DNA of 64,000 bases from contig NMRA01000631.1 in assembly GCA_002633005.1 (NCBI GenBank), positions 2,256-66,255 on the forward strand. Direction: 5' to 3'. The notes beneath the pieces are model-generated. The model ran no database searches, was not told where the DNA came from, and was given only the letters and a program-made list of their open reading frames with translations. Below, piece after piece: positions 24,802-37,579 of this stretch. Source of the DNA: Phoronis australis (Eukaryota > Animalia > Phoronida). Made by a program: the position numbers and the translations under genes. Numbering within the stretch: the first letter of the stretch is position 1; each line of letters begins with the position of its first letter.

Positions 24802-27800
24802 TATATGTAGTCCTAGGTAGAATCTATCGCGGAGACCAGGATAGAGTTCAATAACACCAGTGACCTTTTAAAAAACACGTGACAATCCTTACAATCTCAG
24901 AGGATTTATGAATCTTCGCATTCCCATTCAACATAACAGTGATGGCCTGGCTGCACGGTTTTAGATTTTTACCACTCAAACTTTGGAAAATAGACACTAT
25001 GTATTAGCTAGACTTTAGTTTTACAATTTGTACATTTACAACTATATTGTATTTTCATCTATTCGTTACAGTCTTTATATGATATCTCAACGTAATATTT
25101 AGAAATTTGTTTTACTACAGGTACCTCACTGTACTTCCACCAAGCGATCTAGATTAGGTACAATGCTTCAAATAAGTTTTTGTTAGTCAGCTTCTCCATT
25201 ATATATTAGCTCTTGGCTTGTTTTGTCAGTGTCTTCTGACCTTTTATATATATCTGTACATTTGTAAATACTCCACTTTTGTTATCATTCTAATATTGCG
25301 TTTCATGCGACTAGCCTTTGCCTAATGTCTATATTTTTGAATGCACGGTGAGTATAAATAAAGATGCAGGCACGTATGTGTTACTCAGTATCTGCTGGGC
25401 ATGTCGCACCAGCGGGTATAGCTTGACTGGCCACTTCAGTTCCGCGGTCTACATAATGTACACTAAATGTTATCGGTTTGAGCAGCCAGACAAAATACAA
25501 CAGTGAAATATACGTTGCCGATTACAAATTAATGTCTAAATCTAAAAGTTACGGACAATATAATATATTCTTTCATTTATCATTAAAAAACAGAAAGTGC
25601 AGTGCAACTGAATGTGTGGAAATAACAGCGTCTGGGGGAAAGAGCATGGTGAGGTAATTCTTAACCTTCATGAAGTTCCTTCAAGTTTATTTTGCTATCA
25701 ATTGTAAACCCATAGAAATATATTACATTTTCTGAATTCTCAGTGACTGAATAGTCTTAACTCTTGCCTTGAAATGTTGCAAGTCGTTTATAAATTCAAA
25801 TGACTGCCATTTTTGTGAAAATTGCATTTTTTGATTGTGCCTTACGATTTGTAATTACTCTTAAACAACAGAAAGATTATCCATCGTTTTGTAAATGATC
25901 CAAGTCTTCATATCTTTTATTAGAAGAAAAATAAAAAGTCTGAGAAACGGTTCGCTCAGCCTTAGACTAGAAGTATGCTTGACAGACCCATGAGTCTGTA
26001 ATCGGAGTTTAAAATTGCTGACAGTATCAAAAAAGGCTTGAAAATGGGCAACAAAGGTTTGAAGTTGTCTCAAATAACTTGCACATTTTGCAGACAAGCG
26101 ATGCGTTTAAAGAATTATGGCTACGAATGAAAATAATGACGCAGTTTTATACAATACTTATTATATACACCCTTGCTTTCTGAAAATACTAATTATTTAA
26201 TTTTGTGTGAAATTGTAGAGCGGTCACCATATCATATCTTTGAACACCAGCAATGCTGCATGGTACAAATTACAAGTCAGTGGCCCTGGAGAAATGTGAT
26301 TCCCACCCTCTTCCTCCCAGTTTTCGTCATTCTCTCGTACTTCCACGTGGCCGGCGCTTTTTATTGCCCATCTTACCAGAGATTACCTATTATACTTATT
26401 TACCTGTATTCATTTTATTGTAATTGTACTAGTCATAATAAATGACCTTATATCGCCTACATCAGTCTCCTTTCATCTCTGGTAACGAGCTTGCGACGCA
26501 CGTATCATTTATCTATTATCCGGGACATATGTCGATCATAAATGTGAATCGCAGTACTAAGCTACCATAAGAATATGTGCCAGTGGATAGTTTGTGTATG
26601 AAGAGGAACTATATCTTGACTGCTACACAAGTCAGCCGTTGGTGAGGATGCCCTTTCATAGGCTGCGAGTCATGTGTGGACAATAGCTTATTTCCTTTCC
26701 TGGAAGAAACATGAGACCTAGTGACACTCTGGTCTAGTTTAGGGTCAGATTTTGGGCACAAAACAGTCAAGTGACATGCTGTTGTGTTTACTTTCAAGGA
26801 TTTAATTGCGGATGTTATCGAGGCTGAATGAGATTACATGAAGGAAAGTCACGTGCCGAAACTGGACCCTTTTTACTAGCGCTTCTATAGGCCATTGAAA
26901 CTAGATCCCAGTGAAATACCTGTCCTTTCTCACGTAGTGACATTAACTTTTCCTTTCAGAAGAAAGGCTTTATACTAATGGTAAAAACTTTTCAATTTGG
27001 TACACATTATGGGGAAATGTCATTCAGTGACTGCATCGATTGTCTTATTGTCAGTAGAAAGCCCGTTAATGTTACACTTTGATGATCAACAGGCAAGTTT
27101 GTCACTAATTATTGAAAACAATATGTCTTCAGTTTAAAGCCCCATACAGTACAGTTGTGCTTATTTTTTATAAAGTTGAAATGATTACCGATTATGCTTG
27201 CGAATTTCATTTTCCTGTTGACCTATAGAAATGTGCAGCAATCATAATGAAGTATTCCCTTTGTTTGCATTTGATTTGTTTGTGTGTGTAATTATTTTTA
27301 GAGCTTTCTTAAGAAGGCCTTTGAACAATTTTAAGTTTTGTGATAACTTGTCTACAACAAAAGTTCCACATGCAAGAAAAGTATGTTTTCAATTACAGGT
27401 AGCTGGATAAGAATCTGCTATGCACAGGATTCGAGAATAAACATTTATCAGTGTATTTAAAAACAAAATGGCAAACTGAACAACCACATACATACAAAGA
27501 AACAACATTGTTAAAAACAATTGTAATTTTCCCACTGCAACGGAGTTTATAATCAGGCATATCAAGGGCTGACTTTCTGAATCAGGTTCAATTCTCTCAG
27601 GTTATTGCTGAAGGATTGTTTTTCACTTTGTCCAAAGGTAAAATTGACGGTCAGGCGGCTGGTTTCAGTCGTTTTCTCTCACCTGTAACAGAATAGTCAG
27701 AAAAATATCAGCAAATTATAAAAGAAAACACAAGACAAAACTACTTTTTAAAGCAAAACATAATTGACGTTTCATCTTCATGTTTATATGTAGAAACTAA

Positions 27801-28004
27801 TAATCTTTGTACCCAAGTCTTTTAAGATCTGAATTAAAATATGTGAAAAAGGCTAAAAGTGATTAACATGACACGTAAAATGTGATTCTGATCTCAACAA
27901 GTAAAACTCATTCTAGGTGTCAATATTTATTCCAAAGCAATGTTACGACATTTACTAAATAGCTTATCCAAGTTAATTCGGTAACTAATCTGGTAGTCCT
28001 CAAA

Positions 28005-29066
28005 CCGGTCTCCAATCTCCCTACTCAGACTCGAATCACACTCAAACTCAAACTTCATACTCAACTCGAGTACAGACTCAGCTTTGGTGTATTCAATGTC
28101 ATACTCGAAAAATCTGTTCTCGAAATTTCGAGCATGTACTCAATTTTCGAGTATACTCGAACTGAAGTGTATCTAATCAATATTTCGAGTAAGATTCTGA
28201 GTAAAATTCCGAGTATATGCTCCAAATTTCAAGTTTGGTCTGGCAGTGTGCTTGAAATCGTACTCGAAAATAAATACGAGCGAGAGAACAAAATATCGAA
28301 AGGCCCCCGACAGACACAGCAAATCTAAGATAAACAAAAATTAATTCCTCTTACCATATTTCAGCGCTTCAATTTCAGTTCAGAGAAAATAATTTTCGTT
28401 TTAAACCTTCTTATTCTTCACTTTATTAACNGCCGCCAATTCATAAACTCCTTACTCTACGATTCCTGGCAACAGGCGCATTCTAATCCCTTGTCGGCGA
28501 GTCATTACAAAGTGTCGAAAGCAGTTGTGGGAAAAGTCGTGTGAGAAGTTTGTGCTGCCTTTATTTCAGTAGGTGTGTCTACGGTTTGTAGGGTTTCCAA
28601 CAGACGAGGAGGCAAGGAAAGTTAAAAACAGTTTGCTTCCCTGTCAGTTACATTTCACGTCATAGTTTAGTCATCTATAATTCCTCAATCCCCGAATGAT
28701 ATTCCAGATTTTGTTTGCCGATTTTTAAGTTAACGTCTCATCCCGTTCACTGGTGAACTCTGAATGCCTGCACATGTATTGTTTTTAACTCAAGCGCCAA
28801 ATGTCAACTAACTTGATATATCCCGGTAAAATACAAAGATACAGTATCAAAGTTTTAACATTAGCGTACTAGGTCAATGAGCTATACTCGAAATGCGACA
28901 TTAGATACGTTTTTTGAGTACGACTCCAGTGAGCACGATTTTGAGTATGAAATCTCGAGTATGAAATCTCGAGTATGAAATCTCGAGTATGAAATCTCGA
29001 GTATGAAATCTCGAGTATGAAATCTCGAGTATGAGTACGAGTCTGAGTACGGAGATTGGAGACCGG
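28005..29066. mobile_element. TIR element nested in the THAP pseudogene intron
   Basis: TIR CCGGTCTCCAATCTCC(C/G)TACTCAGACTCG at both ends; ACTCGA/TCGAGT motifs repeated subterminally; N at 28431. Confidence 0.85.
28943..29026. repeat. Six perfect copies of the 14-mer GAGTATGAAATCTC
   Basis: Counted directly; lies just inside the right TIR. Confidence 0.95.
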
Positions 29067-31559
29067 GCCCTGGGCGTGGGGTTCGCTATAAAATAAGGAA
29101 ACTCACTCATCTAGAGAATTTTATTGGACATAGCATAGTTTTGAAGAGAACCTGCAGTGAAAAAGTCACCCTTGACTTCTGAGCGTCACGTACCATACAC
29201 CTCTTATATAGGGTGCACTCCCACCTAAGACAATATGTGAATATGTGCTGCTAGCTTACCCGGCATCCGAGTTCCAGGTGAGTTTCCGAAAAGAAACACT
29301 TAGTTCCACTCAATGAATCCGTTATTCAGTGGGGTAACTGGTGGGGATAACATCACCGAACGATGTCCATAGAAACTGATTGCTAAAAACTTACCAAGTA
29401 ACGATATGTAGTCTCCCAATGGAAATGCATAGAGCACACACGTGGCTTCGGCATCCACACACTTTTTGTCAATTGGTTGACCCTTTTTATGACCGCAATT
29501 CTCCACCCCTGTAGTAACCTTAGGTCTTTTGGGAATTTGTGACCACCTGTCGAAGACTTGAACCAGGGAAAATAGCAATAATAAGGCTTACCGATGACGT
29601 ATCGATAGCAAATTCCGTCTTTTTACTAGCCAGTCAGTTAGCTGTATGAAGACTGTCGTCAAAATACAGATAGGTACCACTGTGTGTTAAACGGGAACAT
29701 TTGTACGGAATTGGTGAGTTAAAAAATCAGTGAATTGTGTTCAGTCAAAATTAGCACCACTAGGGCCTAAATTGAATCAGAGCCAAAGTGTTTTTTTAGT
29801 TCCGTGGAGAGTAAAAACATGTTATTGTTTTATTAGCCTTCAACGTACATGATGGCCAAACAAAATTGGCAGATCACATTCAGGATATGACACAAACAAC
29901 ACTGCAGATTTTCTCACCTGGCCCCACCTGCTAAGAACTACCCACACCGCCACTCCGCTTATGGCGAGTTGAGCAACGTAACTTCGAAGTCGCGCTGATA
30001 AGTTGTCAACGGCAATGTGCTATTTGAGGTTGTGTTCGGCCAAATCGGGCGGTCCAGTTTATTCTCAATCCACAGCTAATTAAAATATCTATTGCAGTTC
30101 ATAGGACAAATGTACAAATGGAAGCAACACATACACACAAAAATAAACATAAAGTAAACTTTTTACAATTTACACACAACATACACGATGTAATAAAACA
30201 TCGTGATGGATTCAATGGAATGAAGAATTCGCACCCAAAACAGTATGTGCATGTGGCCGGAATGTTTTAGCAAGATCAACGGAACCGCTGACGTGCGCAC
30301 ATCGAGTGAATCCTTAACAACAAAGATACACATTTTAAAAATATTTCCCTTAGAGTGAACAACACAGAAAAACTTAAAATTGTCGTCAGTCATTTGAAAA
30401 TGTGGACTCCTAAGGAATAAAAAGCCGACACCTTTCAAGAGTTTCGATCAACGGATTTGACGCGTAGAAAGGTGGACGCCAACAAATATTATTGCCACTT
30501 GGGAACACAACTCTAGTGAAACTAGCCCAAAATAGCATTAACGTGTGGCGTCTTGACGATCATAATCATTCAAGAACCTTGGTAGATCAAGAAAGATGGA
30601 CGAAAAGTTGTCATTAGGGGGCGCAGCACAACTCGCCGTCAAAAGCAACTCAATGAATATAGAGTGAAGCACTTAGGAACTTTCAGTTCTAAAGCCTTGA
30701 AACCCATTCTAAAATGAAAAACGACTAAAAACGAGAACAATTACAAAATACTAAATACACTAAATTAAACACTGATTAATTGGCACAAGGTGTGCTTTTA
30801 CTGAACCTTTTAGAAACTAATTCCTCACATGGCATGCTGACTTCAAGTGGTTTAATAGATACCAAAATTAAATACTAAACTATCAAATATGACAATAGAA
30901 GGCGCTGCATCAAGTAGGACTTCCTAAAATGCCTGGTCTACTGCATAAAAGCGAATTGTCATTTATTGAATTTAAAATCCTGCAACGGGTTTACAAGACA
31001 CGGTTACGGACGCAGGACATCGCAAAGAAATGACTGCAATATCAGGTGACCACACAATCAAAACGGCACATGCGCAATCACTATAATAACTGGTCCCTAG
31101 CTAGGAAATCATGCCGTGCGTACACTCGGACCTTTGCCATCATAGGATACGTGTACATGTACAGTGGATAATTGTCTACTAAGCACATGATCTATACAAA
31201 AATGAATATTTACGGTTGCCCCAAGATCAAAACCAAATTGACAATAGCAATGCCGAACATAGACAGTACCACAGTCAATGCGGAACGTTGAAATCCATTT
31301 TAGATTGTACTGCAAACGGTGCGGTGCTTCTAGGGATGTTTATTTAGAATAATAAAATGTCATTAATTGATGCAGTATACTCCGAACGCGTTTGCAAATA
31401 GGAAGGTGTCGTCACATATGGAATAGAAAGTTATTATCTAAATTTCATGAAAACATATCATAGATTACAAATTGCCATTTGAAGGCAATGAGATAGCCCG
31501 ACCCGTCCATCGGTTGCTAAGTTAATAAGAATACAGGGGGGGGTTTAGAAAATACACCG

Positions 31560-33680
31560 CCATAAGCTTTTTCAACAAATTAACAGTGCAAGCAAGAACT
31601 CCAAAGACTACTGGAACATCATCAATAAAATACGCGGCAGTCAACAACAATCCTCTTATCCAGTCATCAACCACAATGGTAACCTAGCCTCAAGTAGCAG
31701 TGGCAAGTGTGACATGTTTATCAAATTTTTCACGAACAAAAGCCACATTATACCAACTGAAGTAAGTAACTTTTCCTTTCTTCGTGAACGTTGTCTCAAT
31801 CAACAGTCTGATATCCCAGCTAATCAAAGTGATGTCCGGAAGTATCTCAATGACAGCTTTAATCACCAGCAAGATGATCAAAATGATTGCCAACGAAATT
31901 ACCATGCCCTTAACCAATTTGTTTAACAAACTTCTTCAACTAGGTATATATATCCGTCTTCTTGGAAACATGAAATCTCAAATTATCGCCCAATAACTTT
32001 ACTTAACACCCTATCCAAAATCTTCGAGATCATTGCTCAAAGTATTCTTACATTTCTCAAACAAAACAACTTGATCTATCATCGTCACTTTGTTTTTTTG
32101 CGTGGTAACAGCACCGTGGCACAATGTGCTGAAATAGCACATGAGATTCATTTATATTTTGAGAAGGGCGAGAGTGTCAGGTCCACTTTTCTAGATATAG
32201 CTTAAGCTTTGGACCGTATCCCTCACGACCTTCTACTTCACAAACTTCGATCCTATGGTATTACTGGGAATCTTTTAAACAAGATCACCTCATATCTCTC
32301 CGATCGTACATACAGTGTTCGTGACAACGGGTACTTTCAACTTTATCAACTACTGGATTTGTAAACGCAAGTGTACCGCAGGGTAGCGTATTGGGCCATC
32401 TTCTCTTCGTGGTTTATATTAATGACCTTCCTGATAACCCGTCATGTAGCACATACCTTTATGCAGATGACACGGCGCTTTTTTACCCCTTCGCAGGGAG
32501 GAGTACTGAAAGTTCTTTGCAGCTTCAACACGACTTGAATAAACTCAGCTATTGATCATAAGAATGGAGAATGAATTTTAAAGGAGCAAAAAGCGTTGCC
32601 CTCACCTTCTCCAAATCTATTAAGAATGCTTTCTTCCTTGTTGACCCGTCTTATGACCTTAAACTGAATGATGAAATCATTCCTAGAAAACATTGGCACA
32701 GACATCTTGGTATACTGATAGATGAAAAACTCTCATTCACACCTCACGCTCGGGAGCTCGTACAAAAAAAACAGAAACTAATTAACCCTCTTAAGCTTTT
32801 CTCTCGTCATCTGAATTATACACATTTAAAAGTTCTGTTAAAGTCCTTTATACTTCCACAGATCGATAATTGTGATATTATATATCAGTCTGCCAATACT
32901 GGTGCACTCCAACATTAGGTAAAATTACAGTATCAAGCTGCCTTACTCATAACTGGAGCTTACAGGGCATCCAATACTGTTAAGGTTTTGAAAAGTCTCA
33001 AGTGGCCCAAACTGTCTACTCGACGCAACCTTCACATAGCCATATTTTCTTTCAAAGTAATGAACAATGTCAACAACGACTCTGTTAAAAAAATATTTGA
33101 TCCATACACTAGACAAGGCCATCGTAGTGGTTTGAGATCCTCCGCCCCATATGCAATTCCTCCGTCGTTCAGTCAGGCATTCAGAAGGTCTTCAGTTATG
33201 ATGTGCATGAACAATTGGAATGCTCTTCCAGTCTCTGTTATGGAAAGCAACTCTTTTAAGAGAAAAAAAAATAATTTTAGAACTGTTTTTCATAATTTTG
33301 ATAACTCAACACCCTTGACTCAATTCTCCCTTCTCCGTGATAACGAAATAGCATTGTACAAACCAAGATGCGGTCTTTTCCTCAACTCCGGCAAGTTTAG
33401 GCACAACTTTAGTAATGTCTCTCCAAACTGTAAATGTGGCGACCATCAATCTTATCCTCTTGTTTTCTTCAAATGATTGTCCTTTCATCGAATACCTGAG
33501 AGACCCACTCTTTCTTTCTTTCACTCAGTGAAAACCAATCAATTGTAAAAGATCTCAATTCTTGTAATAATATCCCTACTAAAGTTACATTATCATTGAT
33601 TCAAATGGTAGTCCTAACTTTGACCTTGTTCTCAATGAATTCCTCCTAAGCAACGTTAGCAAATTTTTATGTATCGCTTA
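31560..33680 (+). mobile_element. 5'-truncated, inactivated CR1-group LINE reverse transcriptase
   Basis: [81 protein letters not shown] and a C-terminal SPNCKCG; multiple stops and frameshifts. Confidence 0.9.
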
Positions 33681-34416
33681 TAGATATTATTGCTTCTGAC
33701 TTCCATGCATGAATCTGTACATGTTTTTGTTTTTACATGTTCATAATAGCATACCTAGATATTGGAACACCTACATTAGATACTACTTTTAAAAATGTAT
33801 ATACCTCTATGAATATTACTTTCATTTATGAATTGTCTACAACCCAGATATAATGCTTCGCGATTTCTGGGTTTGTCATTACTTCTTGGTATGTTCTGTG
33901 TATTCTTCAATAAACATATATCATTATAATGCTCTATAGGAACACATCCAACAAATTTTAAATGACACTGCAAAGGATTAAGGAGATGCAGCCGTAGACG
34001 AAAAACAAACCAAAACCGCCACTACGTTGCGCAGGATACGTCAAATCTGTCCGAAATTGGGAAAGCATTATCGCCTCTTTACAGAAACCTATTTTCCAAA
34101 TTTCAGAAAAATCCAATGAGGAACTCCGAAGATTCATAAGAACACATCTGTCATATCTCATGAGGATCCAGAAAAGGGCTTAGGGGATGTAGCAGCGGGC
34201 GCCGGGCGACCAATGCCTGGACAGAGATGACGGCTGGTGCACCCACATACAGACATGTGGGCGCATAAGAAGTAGCATCTCTCGGGTACGAGTCATTTTT
34301 CCACATTTTTACGATCAGAATTCCCTCTGTCTTTCTCAGCAGTAACCGCAAAGCAAGCAAGATCGGCATAAACCGTGCAGATTTACACATCAAGCGCTGG
34401 ATATTTAAATAGTTGG

Positions 34417-36189
34417 TCAATGTTCTGTTGCCCTGTAATAGTTATACGGAAGATTGCCGTCAGCAAAAAACTGGTCGAGACACGCGTGGTGGCCTGGTTT
34501 TGGACATGGAGCAAAAGCGCCTGTTGAGAATATATACGTTCCTCCTTGCTTGGGATGTGGGACATGCTCATATATTTCAGACCGGTACAAATTTCTGATA
34601 TTAAGACTAGGGCTAGGTGGTGCCTGTATCCAAGTCTTCTCATACAACACCCGGGTGGTGTTGTAACCGGTACGTCTCACATAGTTCAGCGACGAAAGCA
34701 TGGGTTTGGGCGTGAAATCCGTGATCCAATTGTTCGCTCTCATTTTTCTTTCATTGCCATTATCGTATGTGGGAAGAAGCTTACATCCTAAAGGTTCTAA
34801 ATGTGGATTCCATTTATCGGTTTCAGACTGATTTCCTTTGTAGTAGTGAATGTCTGTATCCAAATCCCATGGAATAACACCATTCATCTTAAGTGCACCA
34901 AGAAGAGTACCACAGACAAGCTCCATGACAACGCTTCGTTCATTTGCAAGTTGGGCAGCTTTTTCAACGCACTTTGACATCGTTTTTAAGCAACAAGGAG
35001 GTTCAGCCATTCCTTTTAGAAGTAACGGACACTTTATCGACAGTTCGTTGCAGTCATATTCGAAAACTTTTGGAAAACCTGTAATCTTTGTGACTTTGTA
35101 ACTTCGAGCTAAAGGAAACCAGTACTGTTTGTCGTAATGCTTCTCGATCACTATGTCGTCGACGTGAAACATGGTGTCTGGGCACACCACTCCAATAATG
35201 TTCTGCTTTTTCATATTGAAGAACATTCTGTGAAACAAAAAGTCGTCCTTTTCTTTAATATTTCGCAAAAAATCCTTTAAGAATTCAGTCCGTCCTAAAA
35301 ACGGCCCTGCCATGTATTCACAATACATGCATGAATCTTTAGAGAATTCATACCCGTAAATATACCGAAGCTCATACAGTTTCATATAGACCTGATAGCA
35401 GTTGTTCCACCAGTGTCCATTAAATCCTACACTCGACCCACCTACTATGAGGATGTCATGGCGGAAAGCTGCGTCTACAAGTCTTTCGATTCTTGAGTAA
35501 TTAGTGAATCTGTACACATCTTTTAACACAACTGCGTACTTTGTATCGACTTTGGATACAAGCGTTTGCCATGCACGTGCACTATTTTTAAAGCCTTTCT
35601 TTACTATTTCTGTATTTGCATCCGGGTCGAGAGTGTGTTTTGTGGCAACCACAACTTTAAGCTTGGGGTAGTAATAGCGAATTTGCTTTAAAAGTTGTTC
35701 CACGCCATGTTTGGAATAGTCAGGAAAATTGAGTAAAAGAGTTACTACCTTTTCTAACGGATGAGCGTTCGAACATTTGTCAAATTCCCATCCCTCTTCG
35801 TCAAGAAATAACGGAAATCCGTCTTTTCCACCTAAAGGCCGACCACCTGTTGTACGACCGTTATATACTTCAGGACAGACGTCTAATATTTTTGATTTCG
35901 TCTCGTTTTCATTTCGTGGCAAATCTGCTTCGATTTTTGAATTAATCAAGTCTTCAATCTTCGAAAGTAGTTCTCCCAGTTTTTCTTTAGTTTTTGTTCC
36001 GGCATCAACTCCCTGGCGAATGTTTGCTACCATTTTCCCAATTGCAAAGAGGTGGATATTTGTCGTTGGTGGGACGACTGCGCGACTACATTCAAAATAT
36101 CCCTGGGATTTTAAGATTGCAAGTGCCATGAACAACGTTATACCTATAAACAGAATGAGTTTTTTCTTTCGCAACCTCAGACATCTCAT
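34417..36189 (-). CDS. FKRP/fukutin-like LicD-family phosphotransferase, type II membrane protein, 590 aa, single coding exon
   Basis: Basic N-terminus plus TM helix (LILFIGITLFMALAIL), GT-like stem, Cys cluster C..C...PPCC, and LicD motif GTLLGALKMNGVIPWDLDTDI. A strong acceptor TTTTTTTTTCAG| at 36216 makes ATG 36189 the likely start rather than 36243. Confidence 0.9.
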   Translation of the reverse strand: MRCLRLRKKKLILFIGITLFMALAILKSQGYFECSRAVVPPTTNIHLFAIGKMVANIRQGVDAGTKTKEKLGELLSKIEDLINSKIEADLPRNENETKSKILDVCPEVYNGRTTGGRPLGGKDGFPLFLDEEGWEFDKCSNAHPLEKVVTLLLNFPDYSKHGVEQLLKQIRYYYPKLKVVVATKHTLDPDANTEIVKKGFKNSARAWQTLVSKVDTKYAVVLKDVYRFTNYSRIERLVDAAFRHDILIVGGSSVGFNGHWWNNCYQVYMKLYELRYIYGYEFSKDSCMYCEYMAGPFLGRTEFLKDFLRNIKEKDDFLFHRMFFNMKKQNIIGVVCPDTMFHVDDIVIEKHYDKQYWFPLARSYKVTKITGFPKVFEYDCNELSIKCPLLLKGMAEPPCCLKTMSKCVEKAAQLANERSVVMELVCGTLLGALKMNGVIPWDLDTDIHYYKGNQSETDKWNPHLEPLGCKLLPTYDNGNERKMRANNWITDFTPKPMLSSLNYVRRTGYNTTRVLYEKTWIQAPPSPSLNIRNLYRSEIYEHVPHPKQGGTYIFSTGAFAPCPKPGHHACLDQFFADGNLPYNYYRATEH

Positions 36190-36839
36190 GTTGTTTTGTG
36201 AGGTTTTCTCAAGTACCTGAAAAAAAAACAAAAAGTGAATCATTATGGTATCAACCGGTTTTTTTTATTTTTTTATTTTTTACACCGTTTTGTCTAGGTA
36301 CGGTGGTGCTAAAAAGGACCACTGAACTGTTCACGGATCTCTTACAAATATGGTTGAACAACACACTGAGGAATTTCATGATGCGATATGCTTGGAGCAT
36401 TGAAAGCTCTGACTACCCATCTCTCGCCCATGCCGTTTTAGGGCCATTAATGCAATGTTCTTCGAAATACCGGTATCGTATGGACGCAAAAGTTGCGAAA
36501 TTTTGCTGAATTTATTTTGGATAAAACGTAAGCGTTCAAATAATGCGAGGATACATATCTGCACAATGGGATTTTCCCATTTGTGCTATTTATATGGTGT
36601 AACTTTCTTTGAAAGATTGTATCTTCATATTACATATACACTTGAAAACGATATAGGTATTTGTCAGTTTGATAACAGGGCACAATTTTCTATGTGTAGC
36701 CATTTGTTATTTGGGTTGGTAGTCTTGATGTTGAAATGAACTACCGCCACCGTGTTCGACTGGATAGCTTTTATCGGACCACCGTCTCTAGCTGATCCCA
36801 GTAGAAACGGTGAAGCTTCTATAGGAGCTTCAACGCCAG

Positions 36840-37196
36840 AAGCGTTTCGGCGAATTATGCCTCACATTGATTAAAACATCAAAGTCGTGTAGTTATAAGT
36901 ACCTTTTTCGCATAGAGCCGAGGGTCACCTTAGGTGGCCGTCAAGTCTTTAATTCCTTCCAACTCGGACAAATATTCCCGTAATCAAACTTTTCCTTCGA
37001 GCAGTAATTCATTCATTCAGTTGGTCAAATCGGCAACAGACCATTTTTCACTGCGAGGGCTCCTATTTTTACCGCGCCTGCCAGGAGCGCGCGCAGTGTG
37101 GAATGACGGTCTTCCATGCGGAAAAGGTACTTCTAACAACGCGAGTTTTATGTTTTAATCAGTGTGAGACATAATTCGCCCAAAAGCTTCCGGCAT
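36840..37196. repeat. Two tail-to-tail copies of a dispersed retroposon-like end (others at 23512 and 24215)
   Basis: GGCGAATTATGCCTCACA(C/T)TGATTAAA on + at ~36849-36876, and its reverse complement at 37154, 23512 and 24215. Confidence 0.7.
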
Positions 37197-37579
37197 ATGT
37201 AGCTCCTACAAAGCCATGTTGGGGCGCTCCTGTGCTAACAACAGAAGGCGTACAAAAGGATTGTATCCTTACAGGGTTAGTGGGCCCTGATGTGTAGGAG
37301 CTTTGAAAAGGTTTCGCGAGTACTTTCGCCTCGCAGTTTTATTTTGATACTTTCTATTTTATTCATAGGCGTGGTTTTCAAATGTAAAAAGCTCCAACAT
37401 TTTTCGTGTAAGAATTTTACGTCTTGGCAGTATTTAGAACTGACGCAGTCGCAGAGTCGAGATAATCTGTGTAATAGACCATCTGCTCCAAAGTGTTTCA
37501 AGTGTGGAAAAATCTGTCATTATCATTCGGCTCGTAAGAGTTCTCGGCTTCTGCTTGCATGATGTATTTTGACGTTTCT

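Larger units (their letters stand above)
27560..29640 (-). pseudogene. Spliced THAP-domain pseudogene (DNA transposon-derived)
   Basis: Exon 29546->29395 reads GHKFPKDLRLLQGWRIAVIKRVNQLTKSVWMPKPRVCSMHF, then a frameshift, then DYISLL. Exon from 27682 reads GERKRLKPAA*PSILP (AVPS box with a stop). GT-AG sites are intact. Confidence 0.75.

Noticed and set aside
27651-27653. Selenocysteine or readthrough TGA in the THAP AVPS box
   Set aside because: It replaces Val rather than Cys, the gene is also frameshifted, and no SECIS was seen.
28943-29026. CRISPR-like array (also considered for 50875-51017 and 57345-57698)
   Set aside because: Units are contiguous with no unique spacers, there are no cas genes, and the context is eukaryotic.
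34413-36220. Plus-strand ORFs such as 35777-36220 and 34850-35101
   Set aside because: Antisense shadows of the FKRP-like CDS.
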